Source of the DNA: Mustelus asterias
Taxonomy: Eukaryota
Assembly: GCF_964213995.1 (NCBI RefSeq)
Contig: NC_135809.1
Location: 134,106,001 to 134,170,000, forward strand
Length of the DNA: 64,000 bases
Direction of reading: 5' to 3'
In this document: positions 1-11,700 of the stretch, in pieces
How positions within the stretch are numbered: position 1 is the stretch's first letter
Layout of the letters: every line of letters starts with the position of its first letter
The notes under the pieces: model-generated
What the model saw: only the letters and a program-made list of their open reading frames with translations
The model's database searches: none
Told to the model about the DNA's origin: nothing
Position numbers and translations under genes: made by a program

Positions 1-1141
1 CCATGCTGACTATTCTCAATCATATTATACCTCTCCAAATGTTCATAAACCCTGCCTCTCAGGATCTTTTCCATCAACTTAACAACCACTGAGGTTAGAC
101 TCACTGGTCTATAATTTCCAGGGCTATCTCTACTCCCTTCCTTGAATAAAGGAACAACATCCGCAATCCTCCGGAACCTCTCCCGTCTCCATTGATGATG
201 CGAAGATCATTGCCAGAGGCTCAGCAATCTCCTCCCTTGCCTCCCACAGTAGCCTGGGGTACATCTCATCCGGTCCCGGCGACTTATCTAACTTGATGCT
301 TTTCAAAATCTCCAACACATCCTCTTTCTTAATATCTACATGCTCAAGCTTTTCAGTCCGCTGCAAGTCTGCACTACAACCACCAAGATCCTTTTCCATA
401 GTGAATACTGAAGTAAAGTATTCATTAAGTACCTGTGCCATTTCTTCTGGTTCCATACAAACTTTCCCACCGTCACACTTGATAGGTCCTATTCTTTCAC
501 GTCTTATCCTCTTGCTCTTCACATACTTGTAGAATGCCTTGGGGTTTTCCTTAATCCTGCCTGCCAAGGCCTTCTCATGACCGCTTCTGGCTCTCCTAAT
601 TTCCTTCTTAAGATCCTTCCTATTAGCTGTATACTCTTCTAGATTTCTAACATTACCTAGCTCCCTGAACCTTTTGTAAGCTTTTCTTTTCTTCTTGACT
701 AGATTCATTACAGCCTTTGTATACCACGGTTCCTGTAACCTACCATAACTTCCCTGTCTCATTGGAACGTTGCTATGCAGAACTCCAGACAAATATTCCC
801 TGAAAATTTGCCACATTTCTTCCGTACATTTCCCTGAGAAAACCTCTTTCCAATTTAAGCCTCTAATTTCCTGCCTGATAACCTCATAATTCCCCTTACT
901 CCAATTAAACACTTTTCTAACTTGTCTGATCCTATCTCTCTCCAATGCTATTGTAAAGGAGATAGAGTTATGATCACTATCTCCAAAATGCTCTCCCACT
1001 GAGAGATCTGACACCTGCCCAGGTTCATTTCCCAATACCAAATCAAGTACAGCCTCTCCTCTTGTAGGCTTATCTACATACTGTGTCAAGAAACCCTCCT
1101 GAACACACCTAACAAACTCCTCCCCATCTACACCCCTTACA
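1..1141 (-). mobile_element. CR1 (HER1-like) LINE ORF2 fragment: APE endonuclease C-terminus, linker and start of RT
   Basis: ORF 130..1302 contains CR1 motifs PTRGEAVLDLVL, HFGDSDHNSISF, KENPKAFYKYV and KSPGPDEMYPRLL. There is a frameshift near 165 and the element runs off the window start. Confidence 0.93.
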
Positions 1142-1222
1142 ACATGGTTGACTCTCAACTGCCCTTCAAGGGCAACTAGGGATGGGCAATAAATGCTGGT
1201 CATCCAGCGATGCCCACGTCCC
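1142..1222 (+). mobile_element. 3' tail fragment of a tRNA-derived SINE (called family X here)
   Basis: gggcaactagggatgggcaataaatgctgg matches the tail at ~36020 and the LINE end at ~48055. Confidence 0.7.
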
Positions 1223-1334
1223 AAAATCCTGTCAGTGTAAACGCCAGCAAGATTTCGGCAAATATCCTGGAAGGGGGAAGTGGGGGTCACACTTCTATAC
1301 AATGGAAAAATATCCAGGGAAAGACAACTTCTTT

Positions 1335-1657
1335 ATTCATTCATGGGAGGTGGGCATCTCTGACAAGGCTAGTATTTATTGCCTATCGCAAGTTGCCCTG
1401 TACTGAGTGACTTGCTTGGTTCTGGAGTCACAAGCAGGCCAGACTAGATAAAGGTGGCAGATTTCCTTCCCTAAAGGGCATCAGTGAACTAGATGGGGTT
1501 TTACAACATTTGATAATGGTTTCAAATTGCAGATTTTATTAAGCAGAATTTAAATTCCAACAGCTGCCATAATCATGTTTGAATTCATATCTCCAGGACA
1601 TTCGCCTGGGTCTCTGGATTACAGGTCTAGTGATATTACTATGATACCGCCATCTCC
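1335..1657 (-). mobile_element. tRNA-derived SINE, family X
   Basis: Reverse complement of the 34592/35830 element, with core ggcagatttccttccctaaagg. Confidence 0.8.
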
Positions 1658-2511
1658 TTAATAAAAGTGGAAGGAAAATATATATATTGCTTTAGGAAGT
1701 GGTTTGATTGCGATCATTTTGTAGCAAAGTTTTGGTATTATTCTCTCCACATTCTTAATCTTTTGTCTTCCCAAAGCTGACATTGCCAATTGGGTACAAG
1801 CGCACATTAACTTGTAACAAGACTCATTGGCAGCCAGAATGAATTGTATGTTTAGTTCCTTGCTGACACAATGGAAAAGTACCTCATTTATCATCATATT
1901 TGTACAATCCCAGTCTTGTTTGCTGCCCAAGTTTCGCTATCCCTGAGGAAACTCAAATCGTCAAAATGTTCCAACCAAGATATTCATTTCTAAAGCGTGT
2001 TGCTGTCAGACAGAATATTCCATCTGTTTGAATTGGATTTCAAACTGCTTTCTTTGATTGCAAAGTACGAAAACTCTTTCCAACTGTTGTTATTTCTTTT
2101 TCAACTCCTGTTCCATTTTTCATTCCGCCATGGTTTCATTAGAATATATGGATGAAATTCTAAAGGAACAGTTGGAATATTGTTTTGCTTAACAGCAAAT
2201 TGCCAGAGGCTATTATAAATCAAAGCACAATATATCACGTTTGTATAATGAAGCAATTTCTTGCATAGTTTATAATTAATTATCATTTTGCTTTCAGTGG
2301 TACTGTTGAAGCAACCTTCACCGGGTGACAGATGGTGCAAATCCACGTTGTATTGGAGATGAGATACATGTTCTAAGGGCAGAATGTTCATACCTAATGC
2401 TTCTGACACATTTCATGCAGATACGTTTTGTCCGAACATCAACAATTCTGTGCTTCCTAATATAGTGGCTAATGTAGAAAGAAATCCATTTTATGTGGTT
2501 GCCAACACTGA

Positions 2512-2950
2512 TGCCATGATTCTTACTCTAGAGTGTTGGCTACCATTTGCTGAGAGTTAATCTTTGTGGTCTTCAGTGGATCAACTTGCATGTGTTTATT
2601 AACTACAACAATCGTGTACATATATATAGTAAAGGGTTCAAGCCAGGAGATGTCTCCGTGCGTGCTTGTGTACACTGCTCTGTCCAACGTTGGACTGACC
2701 CATATGGTCAATTTAGCATGGCCAATGCACCTAACCAGCATGTCTTTTGGCCTGTGGGAGGAAACCAGAACACCTGGAGGCAACCCACGCAGACACGGGG
2801 AGAACGTGCAGACTCCGCACAGGCAGAGTCCCAAGCCGGAAATCGAACCCGGGTCCCTGCCATATGTACAGGTCATGTGTTCTCATACATGACAGTGTGA
2901 GCAAAACTTTACTTAGTCCCACATTAACCCTATCTGTGCCAGACACTTAA
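2512..2950 (-). mobile_element. Probable decayed solo LTR interrupted by a SINE
   Basis: Starts TG and has a minus-strand AATAAA at ~2596. Termini and TSD are not clean. Confidence 0.35.
2710..2858 (-). mobile_element. HE1/V-type SINE fragment
   Basis: B box (gggttcgatt on minus) and V-core ttctccccgtgtctgcgtggg. Confidence 0.85.
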
Positions 2951-3282
2951 CTTGGGGCAGATGGGAAGGCCACAGCTGTCCAAAGCTGGAGCATGCATGA
3001 CATGAAGGAAAGTTAGAAGTCACCCCCACCACCAACCCCAACCCTGTATCCTCATCATCCCAGTTGGGTTGGGATTAAAATTAGGGATTAAGTTCTAAAA
3101 TTACCCACTGTGTGGAAAGGAGGCGACTGTCAGTATTTAATGAGCATAACAGCATCAGCACAGATCATCCCATAGCACCGAGAAGGGCTAACTCCATTTG
3201 CCGCACTCGTGACAGACTTTACCTTTTCCGAATCAGCTTGTTCAGCCATCCAGAGAAATGTGGTTGGTGATCTCACTCATCC

Positions 3283-3845
3283 CTCAACGCCTCTACTTTC
3301 TCAGAAGACTAAGGAAATTTGGCAGGGAGGCCAACTTTTACAGATGCACCATAGAAAGCATTCTTTCTGGTTGTATCACAGCTTGGTATGGCTCCTGCTC
3401 TGCCCAAGACTGCAAGGAACTACAAATGGTTGTGAATGTAGCCCAATCCATCACGCAAACCAGCCTCCCATTCATTGACTCTGTCTACACCCCCCACTGC
3501 CTCAGCAAAGCAGCCAGCATAATTAAGGACCCCACGCACCCCGGACATTCTCTCTTCCACCTTCTTCCGTCGGGAAAAAGATACCAAAGCCTGAGGTCAC
3601 GTACCAACCGACTCAAGAACCGTTTCTTCCCTGCTGCTGTCAGACTTTTGAATGGACTTACCTTGCATTAAGTTGATCTTTCTCTATACCCTAGCTATGA
3701 CTGTAACACTACATTCTGCACTGTCTCCTTTCCTTCTCTATGAACGGGATGCTTTGTCTGTATAGCGCGCAAGAAACAATACTTTTCACTGTATGTTAAT
3801 ACATGTGACAATTATAAATCAAATCAAAATTTTAAAAAATCAAAA
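3283..3845 (+). mobile_element. Rex1/Babar-type LINE 3' fragment
   Basis: Translation QRLYFLRRLRKFG..FYRCTIESILSGCITAWYGSCSAQD..RLKNRFFPAAVRLLN. Tail tgtgacaattataaatcaaatcaaa. Confidence 0.85.
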
Positions 3846-4007
3846 TCATCCTCACCAAAGTTTGGAGACTGCGTTCTCACTACCTCTCACAGATAGGAAG
3901 TTGCTCATTGGTCAGAAAGGAAAGCATACAGATATTATTGTCCAAGAGATTTTTAAAATCTAGATAATTCATGTGTACCCATCTCCTGCATGGTTTTCCA
4001 TTTTTCC

Positions 4008-4362
4008 TTATTCTTTCATAGGGTGTGGGTGTCGCTATCAAGGCCAGTTTTGTTGCCTATTCCTAATTGCCCTTGAATTGCGTGGTTTGCTCGGCCATTT
4101 CAGAGGGCAGTAAACATTGCAGTGGCTCTGGAGTCACATGTGCACCAGAGCGGGTGTGGACGGCACATTTCCTTCCCTCAGGGCATCAGTGAACGGGATG
4201 GGTTTTTGGACAATTGTTGATTGTTTCACGGTCGCCATTGCTGAGACCGGCTTTGGATTCCAGCTTTATGGATTGATTTTAAACTTGACTAGCTGTCATG
4301 GTGAGGTTTGAACCAGTGGCCCATGGGCCTCTGAATTACAAGCCCACCACACCACCATCTCT
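4008..4362 (-). mobile_element. tRNA-derived SINE, family X
   Basis: Similar to 1335-1657 and 61838-62130. Confidence 0.75.
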
Positions 4363-4659
4363 TCCTTCTTTTGACAAGAAATGGAGGTAAGAAATGCAAT
4401 ATGTCAATGGCACTGAGTGGGAGTCGCTGTGGGAAGTGTGGGGAACAAACTCAGGGGTTTCCAAGGGAGGCCATACAGATTTTAACTACAGGGAACCATT
4501 TTTATTCTAGCTGGGCAGCTGCTGCCTAAGACGGGCATGAAGAGACAGCTAGCTGACGCTGAGATGGGATACTCTGAGGCTGCACACAGGGACTCAGCGA
4601 GGGGTTTCGTGGGGATCTTGTGGGTGAGAATGGGGCACCCCTGAGCAGCAGAAGCTCAG

Positions 4660-4796
4660 GGGTGGAATTATTTGACCTCGCCCGCGGCTGGGATTCTTCG
4701 CTCCTGCCGCAGTAAATGGAGTTTTGGCTGAGCGCTAAATTCTCCATTCTCGCTGGCAGCAGTGGTGGGGCGAACAAAACTGGAGAATTCTGGCCT
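4660..4796. mobile_element. Short MITE-like non-autonomous DNA element
   Basis: Inverted termini of the ggg..gaatt(c/t)tc family, related to 32810-32930. Confidence 0.5.
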
Positions 4797-4994
4797 CAAT
4801 CTTTCCTTTTGGAGCTTCAAGGAACCACTCTGCCCCTCCTCGCCCCAGCTTACCATTTAGGGCCTTCACTTCTTCGCTGACAGAGTAAAAAGCTTTGTTC
4901 AGTAGGCGGCTAAATTCTATTAGGTTGAATGCACATCCTAATGTGTCAATTATCCTACATTAATAAGAATCTTACTGGAATCAGCCACGGCAAA

Positions 4995-5390
4995 GAGCAA
5001 AGAGAACAAAGAAAACTACAGCACAGAAACAGACCCTTCGGCCCTCCAAGCCCGTGGCAGACATGATGCCCTAACTAAACTAAAGAAAACTTCTGCCCTT
5101 ACTTGGTCCATATCACTCTATTCCCTCCCTATTCATGTACCCAGCCAGATGCCTTTTAAATGTCGCTAATGTGCCTGCTTCCGTCACTTTCTCTGGCAGC
5201 GCGTTCCAAGCACCCACCACACTCTGCCTGAAGAACTTGCCCCGCACATCTCCCTTAAACTTTCCCCTCTCACCTCAAACCTGTGCCCCCTTGTAATTGA
5301 CACTTCCACCCTGGGAAAAAGCCTCTGACTATCCACCCTGCCTATGCCTCTCATAATTTTGTAGACTTCTATCAGGTCTCCCCTCAACCA
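4995..5390 (-). mobile_element. CR1 3' end
   Basis: RGDLIEVYKIMRG motif, 3' hairpin and (aacaaag)n tail. Confidence 0.9.
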
Positions 5391-5394
5391 TCGT

Positions 5395-5865
5395 CATCAT
5401 ATGGGATTAGGGGTGGGCTGGCTAGATGGATATAGACTGGCTTGTCATAGAAGACAGAGAGTAACAGTGGAAGGGTGTTTTTCAGAATAGAAGTCTGTAG
5501 CTAGTGGTGTTCCACAGGGATCAGTTCTCGGACTTCTGTTGTTTGTAGTATATATAAATTATCTGGAGGAAAATGTGGGTTGTCTGATTCGTAAATTTGC
5601 TGATGACACGAAGATTGGTGGAGTTGCATACAGTGCTGAGGATTGTCAGAGTGTTACAGGATATAGATAGAGTGGACACATGGGCACAGAAATGGCAGAT
5701 GGAATTTAATCTGGACCAATGCGAGGTGGTGCATTTTGGAGGATCAAATTTGGATGTGAACTATACTGTAAATGGCAGTACCTTTAGGAACATTAACACA
5801 CAGAGGGATCTGGGTGTGCAGGTCCATAGTTCCCTAAAAGTGGCTACACAGGTGGCCAAGGTGAT
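5395..5865 (+). mobile_element. CR1 RT fragment, decayed
   Basis: SGVPQGSVLG, KFADDTK and WQMEFN motifs with frameshifts. Confidence 0.88.
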
Positions 5866-5867
5866 TA

Positions 5868-6070
5868 AGTCTCACAACATCAGGCTAAAGTCCAAACAGG
5901 TTTATTTGGAATCGTGAGCTTTTGGAGCGCTGCTCCTTCATCACCCACCTGATGAAGGAGCAGCACTTCGAAAGCTCGTGATTCCAAATAAACCTGTTGG
6001 ATTTTAACCTGATATTGTGAGACTTCTTTGTGTGCACACCCCAGTCCAATGCTGGCATCTCCACATCAAG
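5868..6070. mobile_element. Penelope-like hairpin mini-element: inverted pseudo-LTR pair plus tail
   Basis: Arms ~5868-5944 and ~5950-6025 are reverse complements, followed by tail ccccagtccaatgctggcatctccacatc. tgattaag flanks both sides as a possible TSD. Confidence 0.85.
5946..5980 (+). ncRNA. Minimal type I hammerhead ribozyme motif
   Basis: cac-CTGATGA-a-ggagcagcacttc-GAAA-GC-TC-gtg. Core is intact but stem II is weakened. Confidence 0.65.
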
Positions 6071-6848
6071 ATGATTAAGACATCAGAATGTAAACTTGCT
6101 GTTGAGTAGGGGTGGAGTGGTGAACAGCAGTGCCCATTTTTAACAGGTACTTTGCTCAGATTACTCTGGGCAGAGAGAGAGTTAAAATTCCTCCTCAAGT
6201 GCCAATCAGTTTTAAAGTTTCTTCTCCCACCTATTGAAATTAATTACCTGTGAACCTTCCTCCTGACATCTGCAGATACTGCAGCTGGAAACTAAACATA
6301 AGTCTATCCATTTACCAAACGTATATTTGAAAAGAGAAGTGCAAACGAGATAAATAGGGGTTTGATTGACAGCCAAAGTGAACCCAGTTTAATGAAAAAT
6401 GCAGTTGGAGGTTGGGAACAGTAAAAGGGAGCTGGGGGAATGCTTGTAAATGTGAGCATGCAGAAGCAAAACGGTCGAGAGAGGTGGTTGATGGGAAACT
6501 TCCCATCCCCCAACAAGTGCATGATGGTTCCTCTTGAGGTTTTTTTTTGCACCACTAACCGGGTGCTTGAAATATTAATCAATAGTAAACAGAGTTAGAT
6601 CTCGTTCTCAAGTTTGTCTTTAAACATGACATTGCGGCAGCAGCAGCGAGGAATGAATGTGTAGCCACAGGGGCTAGACTTGACCTTGCCCTCACAAACG
6701 ATGGGCAGCTGTTGCGTGATGGAGCAGAAAGAGATCCACAAAGGCTGGAAGACTGCAATACGATTGATACATGGATGGAGCGTAGGGCAGATTAGTCAGT
6801 ATTTTAAAGAGAAAGAGATTCAGGTATAAGCCTAATTCAAAACCCTAT

Positions 6849-6965
6849 GGCTGGGATTTTCCAGCCGCGCTCGCCCCAGTGCTGGAAAATCCCGCCCGAG
6901 GTTTGCATGGTCTGTGTCCCGCCTGATACGATTCCTATGGCGGGCGGGACGGGAAAATTCCACCC
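6849..6965. mobile_element. Short MITE-like element
   Basis: Termini ggctgggattttcc...ggaaaattccaccc. Relatives at 34725, 38209, 40862 and 42618. Confidence 0.6.
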
Positions 6966-7496
6966 TGTGGGTGGGATTTACTGGCCCTCCCAGGGTCACT
7001 GGCCTTTTCGAAGTTAAAGGGGATCCGAATGGCTCGCCGCATCTGCCACAGGGAATGATCTGTTAGCGGGAGCGGATAATACAGAGCTGTGTAAAATTTC
7101 TGTTTCTGTACCGTCTGATCCTCTGGACATTTCCCAGAATTTTCTAATCCTCCACCAATTACTCCGCACATTTTGTACAAATCTGAAGACACCATTTACA
7201 TTACATTATAACGTAGAGAGCATAAAGTTATAAAAATGTAATTCAAGTGAGACGATAGCCAGCACAAGATTTTCAGCTTGTGTTTATACTGCAGTGCTCT
7301 CAGATCAGTGTCTGCAGTTACGGAATTGCAGATAGTTGTAGCTATAACTCTGCAGATAAGAGCTTCTCGCCCTGGGAACGAGCTCTGCACTTACATCAGT
7401 ACACAGAAAATATGCGCAGAAATCAGCTTCCCAATGCAAATTGTTAAATGCTTTACATAAGGACAGAAGAAATAACAACAGGAGTAGGAGATGCAT

Positions 7497-7822
7497 TACC
7501 TATATAAAATAATGAGGGGCATAGATCAGCTAGATAGTCAACATCTTTTCCCAAAGGTAGGGGAGTCTAAAACTAGAGGGCATAGGTTTAAGGTGAGAGG
7601 GGAGAGATACAAAAGTGTCCAGAGGGGCAATTTTTCACACAGAGGGTGGCGAGTGTCTGGAACAAGCTTAAAAAGCATTTAGTCAGTTACATGGGTAAGA
7701 TTTGTATAGAGGGATATGGGTCAAATGCGGGCAATTGGGACCAGCTTAGTGGTTATAAAAAAGGGTGGCATGGATAATTTGGGCTGAAGGGCCTCCATGC
7801 TGTAAACGTCTACAATCTATGA
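7497..7822 (+). mobile_element. CR1 3' end
   Basis: YKIMRGIDQLDSQHLFPKVGESKTRGHRFK, same subfamily as 36070-37185. Confidence 0.9.
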
Positions 7823-7864
7823 CCTGAAGTCTGCCGTCCCATTTAGTGAGATATCGGCTGAAAT

Positions 7865-9335
7865 TAAGAACATAAGAACATAAGAAATAGGAGCAGGAGT
7901 AGGCCATCTAGCCCCTCGAGCCTGCCCCGCCATTCAATAAGATCATGGCTGATCTGACGTGGATCAGTACCACTTACCCGCCTGATCCCCATAACCCTTA
8001 ATTCCCTTACCGCTCAGGAATCCATCCATCCGCGCTTTAAACATATTCAGCGAGGTAGCCTCCACCACCTCAGTGGGCAGAGAATTCCAGAGATTCACCA
8101 CCCTCTGGGAGAAGAAGTTCCTCCTCAACTCTGTCTTAAACCGACCCCCCTTTATTTTGAGGCTGTGTCCTCTAGTTTTAACTTCCTTACTAAGTGGAAA
8201 GAATCTCTCCGCCTCCACCCTATCCAGCCCCCGCATTATCTTATAAGTCTCCATAAGATCCCCCCTCATCCTTCTAAACTCCAACGAGTACAAACCCAAT
8301 CTCCTCAGCCTCTCCTCATAATCCAAACCCCCTCATCTCCGGTATCAACCTGGTGAACCTTCTCTGCACTCCCTCCAATGCCAATATATCTTTCCTCATA
8401 TAAGGGGACCAATACTGCACACAGTATTCCAGCTGCGGCCTCACCAATGCCCTGTACAGGTGCATCAAGACATCCCTGCTTTTATATTCTATCCCCCTCG
8501 CAATATAGGCCAACATCCCATTTGCCTTCTTGATCACCTGTTGTACCTGCAGACTGGGCTTTTGCGTCTCATGCACAAGGACCCCCAGGTCCCTTTGCAC
8601 GGTAGCATGTTTTAATTTGTTTCCATTGAGATAGTAATCCCATTTGTTATTATTTCCTCCAAAGTGTATAACCTCGCATTTATCAACGTTATACTCCATT
8701 TGCCATATCCTCGCCCACTCACTCAGCCTGTCCAAATCTCTCTGCAGATCTTCTCCGTCCTCCACACGATTCACTTTTCCACTTATCTTTGTGTCGTCTG
8801 CAAACTTCGTTACCCTACACTCCGTCCCCTCCTCCAGATCATCTATATAAATGGTAAACAGTTGCGGCCCGAGTACCGATCCCTGCGGCACGCCACTAGT
8901 TACCTTCCTCCAACCGGAAAAACACCCATTTATTCTGACTCTTTGCTTCCTGTCGGATAGCCAGTCCCCAATCCACTTTAACACACTACCCCCAACTCCG
9001 TGTGCCCTAATCTTCTTCAGCAGCCTTTTATGGGGCACCTTATCAAACGCCTTTTGGAAATCCAAAAACACCGCATCCACCGGTTCTCCTCCATCAACTG
9101 CCCTAGTCACATCTTCATAAAAATCCAACACGTTCGTCAAGCACGACTTTCCCCTCATGAATCCATGCTGCGTCTGATTGATCGAACCATTTCTATCCAG
9201 ATGCCCTGCTAGCTCCTCTTTAATAATGGATTCCAGCATTTTCCCTACTACAGACGTTAAGCTGACCGGCCTATAGTTACCCGCCTTTTGTCTCCTTCCT
9301 TTTTTAAACAGCGGCGTAACATTAGCCGTTTTCCA
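7865..9335 (-). mobile_element. Young 5'-truncated CR1 with near-intact RT and 3' UTR
   Basis: ORFs 8316..9359 and 7964..8326 join by one frameshift. Motifs NYRPVSLTS, FLDFQKAFDKV, GVPQGSVLGP, KFADDTK. Tail (cataagaa)n. Confidence 0.96.
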
Positions 9336-9361
9336 ATTCATCTTAACCTCACTATCCACAT

Positions 9362-9558
9362 ATTGTTTGATTCCGAGATCTTGTAATTGAGTTTGTGTCT
9401 ATATTTGCTCTGTTTGTGAAACAAATCCTGCACTCACCTGATGAAGGAGCAGCGCTCCAAAAGCTCGTGCTCCCAAATAAACCTGTTGGACTTTAACCTG
9501 GTGTTGTGAGACTACTGACTGTGCCTACCCCAGTCCAATGCCGGCATCTCCACATCAT
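9362..9558 (+). mobile_element. Penelope-like pseudo-LTR with mutated hammerhead motif
   Basis: cacCTGATGAaggagcagcgctccAAAAgctcgtg at 9435-9469, followed by the same tail as the other copies. Confidence 0.8.
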
Positions 9559-10559
9559 GGAGACAAAAGAAAGAGACGTGATGAGAGGGACTGGCACAGA
9601 GGTTGGGTGAAAGTCATGTCCCTGTATGTTGGTGTCCGACCCAGAAGAGACAGAGAATGGAGTGTGGGCAACATGACAGATGGGATGGTGGTGTTGTGAA
9701 AGTCTTGTTGAGAGAATGACTGTTGATCTGTTTTCACCATGAATGACCATGTGGGATTCATGAGGAGAGCCATTGCTTGAGTACATGATACCATGCTGAG
9801 AGTTTGATCATGGAGGAAGCTGAGAGAGGACTTAACCCTGGCAGAGCAGATATGTAATAACTTTTTCTGTGGCACCTTGCCAATGCTTCCTGAGACTTCA
9901 AACACATTACGTCTGCTGTTTCCTATAAGCATCCAACTAGATACAAAAACACTAACAAATTTGTCAAACACAATTTCTCCTTCATTAATCCATGCTTACT
10001 CTGCGCAATCACATCTGATTTTCCAAGTGCCCTTCATCACATCCTTAATAATTGATATATCAAGCTTATTGACCTGTAAGTTCTGTATTTTGTCTCCCTT
10101 ATTTCTTGATTAGCAAGGCTTTGTTTGTTACCTTTCAAACCACAGAGATAGTTCTAGAATCCAGGGAAACTCTGGAAAATCTCTGCCACTGCCTGAGGAT
10201 GCAGGTAATCAGCGGGTTTCTCAGTTTTCTGCTTATTTTCTCTTTGTCCCATCCAAACGGATTCGACACCTTTAGTTTCCAAGCTAAGGTTATTTCTCTC
10301 TATTGGTTTCATCCATTCTTTATAATCAGGGCAACCCCACCTCATTTTCCAGTGCTAACAATGACTACATTCATCTTCAGCCCTGGCCATCTTACCTCCC
10401 TGTCTGATGAACACAATAAAGAGGCACTGGGTAACACATTGTCCCTCATGGTGATGCTCATTGCAGGAATGTAGGCTTTAGGAGTAGGTCCCTCAGCTCC
10501 TTCAGCCTGCTGCATCATTCATACAATCACAGCTGATCTGGTTGTGTGGTCTCAGACCA

Positions 10560-11447
10560 CATAGAATAGGGGGTAAGAGAGGAGGGGGAGTTGCACTTTT
10601 GACTAGGGAAACATCACAGTAGTATTGAGAGGGGATATAAACAAAGAAAAAAGTAAATTACAGCACAGGAACAGGCCCTTCGGCCCTCCAAGCCTGCACC
10701 GACCATGCTGTTCAACTTAACTAAAATCCCTTACCCTTTTGGGACCATATCCCTCTATTCCCATCCTATTCATGTACTTGTCAAGATGCCCCTTAAAAGT
10801 CACTACCGTATCCGCTTCCACTACCTCCCCCGGTAACGAGTTCCAGGCACCCACCACCCTCTGTGTAAAAAATCTGCCTCATACATCACCTTTAAACCTT
10901 GCCCCTCGCAACTTAAACCTATGCCCCCTAGTAATTGACTCTTCCACCCTGGGAAAAAGCTTCTGACTATCCACTCTGTCCATGCCTCTCATAATCTTGT
11001 AGACTTCTATCAGGTCGCCCCTCAACCTCCGTCGCTCCAGTGAGAACAAACCAAGTTTCTCCAACCTCTCCTCATAGCTAATGCCCTCCATGCCAGGCAA
11101 CATTCTGGTAAATCTTTTCTGTACCCTCTCCAAAGCCTCCACATCCTTCTGGTAGTGTGGCGACCAAAATTGAACACTATATTCCAAATGCGGCCCAACT
11201 AAGGTTCTATAAAGCTGCAACATGACTTGCCAATTTTTAAACTCAATACCCTGGCCGATGAAGGCAAGCATGCCGTATGCCTTCTTGACTACCTTCTCCA
11301 CCGAGGGTTCGCCCACTGAGTCTATATGGATAGAACTGAGAAATAAGAAGGGGGAAATCACTTTGATGCGGTTGTACTATAGGCCCCCAAATAATCAGCG
11401 GGAAATTGAGGGGCCTGTTTCCATGCTGCAAACCTCTATGATTCTAT
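10560..11447 (+). mobile_element. CR1 endonuclease fragment fused to a CR1 3' tail, split by another CR1
   Basis: GGGVALL at ~10580, then ESIWIELRNKKG..YYRPP at 11318-11390, directly followed by tail gggcctgtttccatgctg..ctatgattctat. Confidence 0.7.
10639..11300 (-). mobile_element. CR1 3' fragment
   Basis: ORF 10879..11361 contains KKAYGMLAFI..HLEYSVQFWSP..RGDLIEVYK. Confidence 0.93.
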
Positions 11448-11594
11448 AACTCAATTTTTCTGTTTGCTGCCCCAGCTCCCCCCCTCCCCCCACACCCGAT
11501 AATTCCCCAGATGAACAACCATCTGAGAAAAAAACCTTCTCCTCATTCCTGCCTTAGACAGTAAACTGTGCTCTCCACCTTTTCCACCAGACGA

Positions 11595-11700
11595 CCCTTT
11601 GACAAAGCTTTGACAAAGGGTCATCTGGACTCAAAACGTCAGATCTTTTCTCTCTTTACAGATGCTGCCAGACTTGCTGAGATTTTCTAGCATTTTTCCT
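11595..11700 (+). mobile_element. Decayed short hammerhead-bearing repeat (second Penelope-type terminal family)
   Basis: acagatgctgccagacttgctgagattttctagcatttt. Relatives at 12420, 25400 and 31790. Confidence 0.6.

Noticed and set aside
1900-2130. Coiled-coil-like reading on the minus strand (MEQELKKK..)
   Set aside because: It has multiple stops and no recognisable family. Base composition explains it.
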